Part shown: positions 60,174 to 64,000 of the stretch, in pieces | Numbering within the stretch: the stretch's first letter is position 1 | Layout: each line of letters starts with the position of its first letter | Source: Phoronis australis | Taxonomy: Eukaryota; Animalia; Phoronida | DNA: 64,000 bases | NCBI GenBank assembly: GCA_002633005.1 | Contig: NMRA01000176.1 | Location: forward strand, 62,001 to 126,000 | Reading direction: 5' to 3' | Made by a program: the position numbers and the translations under genes | Notes under the pieces: model-generated | The model's database searches: none | What the model was told of the DNA's origin: nothing | What the model saw: the letters and a program-made list of their open reading frames with translations, nothing else

Positions 60174-61817
60174 ACAAGAGCAACGCGGAGCAGTGAAATG
60201 CGCCCACGAATGCACCGCTAACGTTGTGCTTCTAGGGTGTTTATTTGGAACATAAAAATTTGCAACCAGATGGCACACAATATGATGAATCCATCTGAGA
60301 ACTTGTATGTGTCATAAAAATCTGTTAAGGAACTTCTGAGAAAACAGAGGAAAATTAAAAAATGAAATTGCCACTAAGAGGCTATAAGTGCAAAAAAACG
60401 TAACTGCAACAAAGAGGCACCAAAGTAGATAAAGTCGTCAGAAGATCATGGTCAGACTTCCTCTTCCCAATAGGAACATAAATGTCAACTTCCACAACCA
60501 TCCTTAGAGTGGTTTGGTTGACAGAAAGGCAGACGTCAAATAAGACGACTCGAAAACAGTAAAAATGGCCACAAGGTGGCGAAAAATGCCTCGAATTTTG
60601 CCGAAAACCGGATGATAGCGTCACTTGACTGATAGATATCTAACTGCCAAATTTAATGAAAATCCATCGACGATCCTTTAAGATACAGAGGTAAACATAA
60701 AAAACTAAAATTGCCTCTAGGGGCACGCCGGTAGCCCGATCCGTCTGAAAGTCGCCATCCTCTGTAGTCAACTTCATATAAATACACCAGCAAAATTCAA
60801 TAAAGATCCTGTAGAGCATTTAGGAGATACAGCCATGGGTGCAAAAACAAACAAAACTGCCACTAGGAGGCGCCATAGTATTCCAAGTCATGGAAAATCA
60901 TTGTCAGTCGCCCTCTTCATAGTAAGAACATATATGCCAACTTTCAAAATAATACCTAGAGCGGTTTGGTTGATGGAACAGCGGATGCCAAAAAACAGAC
61001 TCGAAAACAGTAAAAATGGCCACCAGGTGGCAAAAAGTACCCTGAATCCGTCTGAAAATGGGAGGATGGCATCATCTCACTAATAGATGTCTAACTTCCA
61101 AATTTTATGAAAATCCGTTGAGGACCTCCAAGTCTACAGGTAAGCGTAAAAAAATTAAAATTGCCATTAGGGGGCACACCAGTAGTCGGAAAGGTCCGAA
61201 ATTCATTGTCATCTGTTGTCAGATTCATGGGAACACATCTGCCAAATCTCATTAAGATCCTGTGAAAGGTTTAGGAGATACAGCCATGGGCACAAAAACA
61301 AACAAAAATGCCACTATGAAGCACCACAGTTGTCGAAGTCGTTGGAAAATCATCATCAGTCGCCCTCCTCACAGCAAGAACATAATATGCTAATTTTCAA
61401 AATCATTCCTAGAGCGGTTTGGTTGATAGAACGGCGGACGCCAAAAAACAGACTCGAAAACAGTAAAAATGGCCACTAGGTGGTGCAAAGTACCTTGAAT
61501 CCGTCCGAAAATGGGAGGATGGCATCATTTCACTAATAGATGTCTAACTTCCAAATTTTATGAAAATCCATTGAGAACATCCGAAGATACAGAGGTAAGC
61601 GTAAAAAAAATAAAATTGCCACTAGGGGGCACATCGGTAGTCGGAGAGTTCTGAAATTCCTTGTCGTTCGTTGTCAGCTTCATAGGAATACATCTGCTAA
61701 ATCTCATCAAGATCCTGTGAGGGGTTTAGGAGATCCAGCTGCGGACGTTGGACGACCGGACAGACAGAGATGACGGCAATATATGCAAACACATATAAAT
61801 ACGTGGGCGCATAAAAA
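60174..61817 (-). mobile_element. Helentron/HINE-like element, copy 3, with a ~450 bp tandem higher-order repeat
   Basis: The minus-strand termini match copies 1 and 2 (GTGGGCGCAT at 61803-61812; ACAAGAG-CAACGCGGAGCAGTG-AA-ATGCGCCCAC at 60174-60207). GACTCGAAAACAGTAAAAATGGCCAC recurs at about 60547, 60998 and 61451. Confidence 0.8.
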
Positions 61818-61870
61818 TTGGGAATTTCAAAGAGACAATGCTTTATTCGTGACTACAGTATATTATTCAA

Positions 61871-61987
61871 CAACTTAATTATATGAAAGACACCAGCATA
61901 GCAGCATACAACTTAACTGTATGAAAGACACCAGCATAGCAGCATACAACTTAATTATAAGAAAGACACCAGCATAGCAGCATACAA
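61871..61987. repeat. 38 bp tandem repeat, 3 copies
   Basis: GAAAGACACCAGCATAGCAGCATACAA at 61885, 61923 and 61961. Confidence 0.9.
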
Positions 61988-62194
61988 TCATGCAATTTAC
62001 AGAAAAATTATTGTCCAAAAGATACATAGACATTTTGTAGACATTCAAGGGTAGGAAGAGGTCAGAAAAGTGCACAATATACACTAATCATGAAAATAAT
62101 ACCATTATCCCTTCAAGACATATGACCATTCATAACCATTTTCGTTTTGTCACCGAATGACTTATAGATTTGGCCGGAAAATCGAAACTTGGCT

Positions 62195-62257
62195 TGCAAG
62201 GGATTTGAGTTTGGGTCTCAGAATTTGCAAGCGCACACAGTACCGCTAAGCCACGGC
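62195..62257 (-). mobile_element. Degenerate tRNA-derived SINE head
   Basis: The minus strand reads GCCGTGGCTTAGCGGTACTGTGTGCGCTTGCAAATTCTGAGACCCAAACTCAAATCC, with A-box and B-box-like spacing. Confidence 0.35.
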
Positions 62258-63169
62258 ACACGCACTACAAGCAGAGTTGAAAAAAAATGTATTATAAACA
62301 AGTTGTGCACAAGGATACTCAATGTCTGAGACGTATTTCTTGACTATTAAATTACTAAGTGAAAAGGGAACTTCCAAACATTTGGAGTATATGAAACATT
62401 CAAACTCTAAAAAAACAATATGCATTGTAGCTGAATAAGTAGCAATTCTGATCAATAAACCACTGTCAAATACGTAACTATGCAAAAATACCAGTTTGAC
62501 AGAGCAAAAGGATATTTTTGATGTCATTAGTGTTGACCTGATGACCTATGACATCATCCAAGTAGTTCCAAAAGCATCAACATGAAGGAAACAGAGGTTT
62601 CTACAAGACAGCAAGTGCTCTTATACTTGATGGTTTTTAGAAAAAATATCACTGGAAGGTGAGTGATATTTTTTCTTACAGCCATCTCGTTCCTCATTAC
62701 ACGTTTAATAATGCCAGAACCATTTAACAACCTATGTAATAATGTGCCGACGGCTAATCATAACGAAAACATTCTTATGTTTAAAACTGTACACTGAAAA
62801 CGCACTTCATTCTTGAGGTTTCTGTGACCCAAACTGGAGAATGCGTTCACAACAGAACATTTAATTACAGTTACAAGACAAAAGCAATCGAACAAAAAGT
62901 ACAGTAAAGATCCTCCAGTTTGAAAAATTAATTGTCGTCCCAAATTCAAGAATTACGATCAACAGCAAACGATCATTCACCTTGACGTTACGCAACAATC
63001 GGGACGTCTGAAAACGATGCGTCATTGGCAACAACTTGTTCAACAGATAAGAGTTTGTTTTCACAAACACAAACACAGTGTTCGATATTTGAGAAAAAAG
63101 CCAAAATTGCCCATGTCCCAATCTCCAGAATCAAAAACATTTAATTTTAACATGAATTTCAGTGTCCCA

Positions 63170-63428
63170 AATTTTAGAAAGTGTTCCAAACTAAATAATT
63201 TTTACCACCGTTTTCCTGTCATGACTGAATTCTGTTGACAGCAAAATTTGCGGGCAACAATTGCTATGGCAGCAAAATTCTAATTGGCCAATAGCTAAGC
63301 AGCCTTGCTAATTTTCCTCTTTGCTGCTTCATTATTAGTCATGATGAAAGATGACTCTGACGATGAATTTGGCTTCAACACAGCCGACATAGTGGGTCAT
63401 TTTGTCTGAATACTTTTAGGGTCTCTGG
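63170..63428 (-). mobile_element. Degenerate copy of the Tc1/mariner-type MITE family (cf. 21061-21325)
   Basis: TGTCTGAATACTTTT, GATGAATTTGGCTTC and AATTCTGTTGACAGCAAAA are reverse complements of blocks in 21061-21325. Confidence 0.5.
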
Positions 63429-64000
63429 CTCACAACTAGTGTGGTCATTACTTTAGGATGGGGAAGGGAAGTCAATGGCCAGTCAGGTAACTGTTGTAAA
63501 TAAATTGCCTTTGTTAGAAGAAATAATTCAAGTCCTAAAATAAGGCATCAAGTTATAAATCATGCTTCCTAAGATTGCGCATTTAAATTGACCTTAGTGT
63601 GAAGCTGCGAATTTTCAGATATACCAAAGTTCACACAATCCTGTTTTAGAGAAGTTATCAATGAACGGCATGGGATTTTATTGCAAATTGCAAGCAGACA
63701 AACGCATAGAAAGACACGCTTACGAGTAACAAGAAGACCTAGGATATTGATAGCGATATACATCCTATATGAAGAACAGGATAATTCATTCAGTATAATA
63801 CAAAACGTGCCACTCTGACTAAAGCTGGGAATGAAAATCAATAACATCATTCAGTCATTCCCTAGCAATCATTTCACAAACACACTGGCAACACATTTCA
63901 TGCGATAAACAGTTTAGAATGCTTCTAATATGGAGCATTCAAGTGATGTATAGGACTGCATATTAAAAAATTTCAGAAAAAAATTTCAAGAGCTTCAAAT

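Noticed and set aside
63260-63273. X-box-like ATTGCTATGGCAGC
   Set aside because: It falls inside a degenerate mariner-type MITE copy with no nearby promoter evidence.

Overview
A 64 kb, AT-rich, intron-rich animal genomic region. It is probably from a marine invertebrate deuterostome such as a hemichordate (inferred from gene and repeat style only). Six protein-coding genes can be rebuilt by hand from GT-AG splice sites. These are Rab5 (+, 5 coding exons), TAF5 (-, 16 visible exons, one conserved exon apparently absent), an intronless RING/B-box/NHL TRIM gene nested antisense in a TAF5 intron, the 25-aa ribosomal protein eL41/RPL41 (+, absent from the ORF track, head-to-head with TAF5), a C17orf98/SPMAP1-like (DUF4542) gene (-), and a 5'-incomplete Shisa-like single-pass membrane gene (-). 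Introns hold many small non-autonomous elements: Helentron/DINE-1-like elements with internal tandem arrays, and PIF/Harbinger, Tc1/mariner, piggyBac, P-like and Mutator-like MITEs. One ~300 bp inverted-repeat-bounded element combines a tRNA-derived Pol III head with a minimal hammerhead-ribozyme core. Several single-N junctions sit next to near-identical duplications, which points to uncollapsed haplotypes in the assembly.
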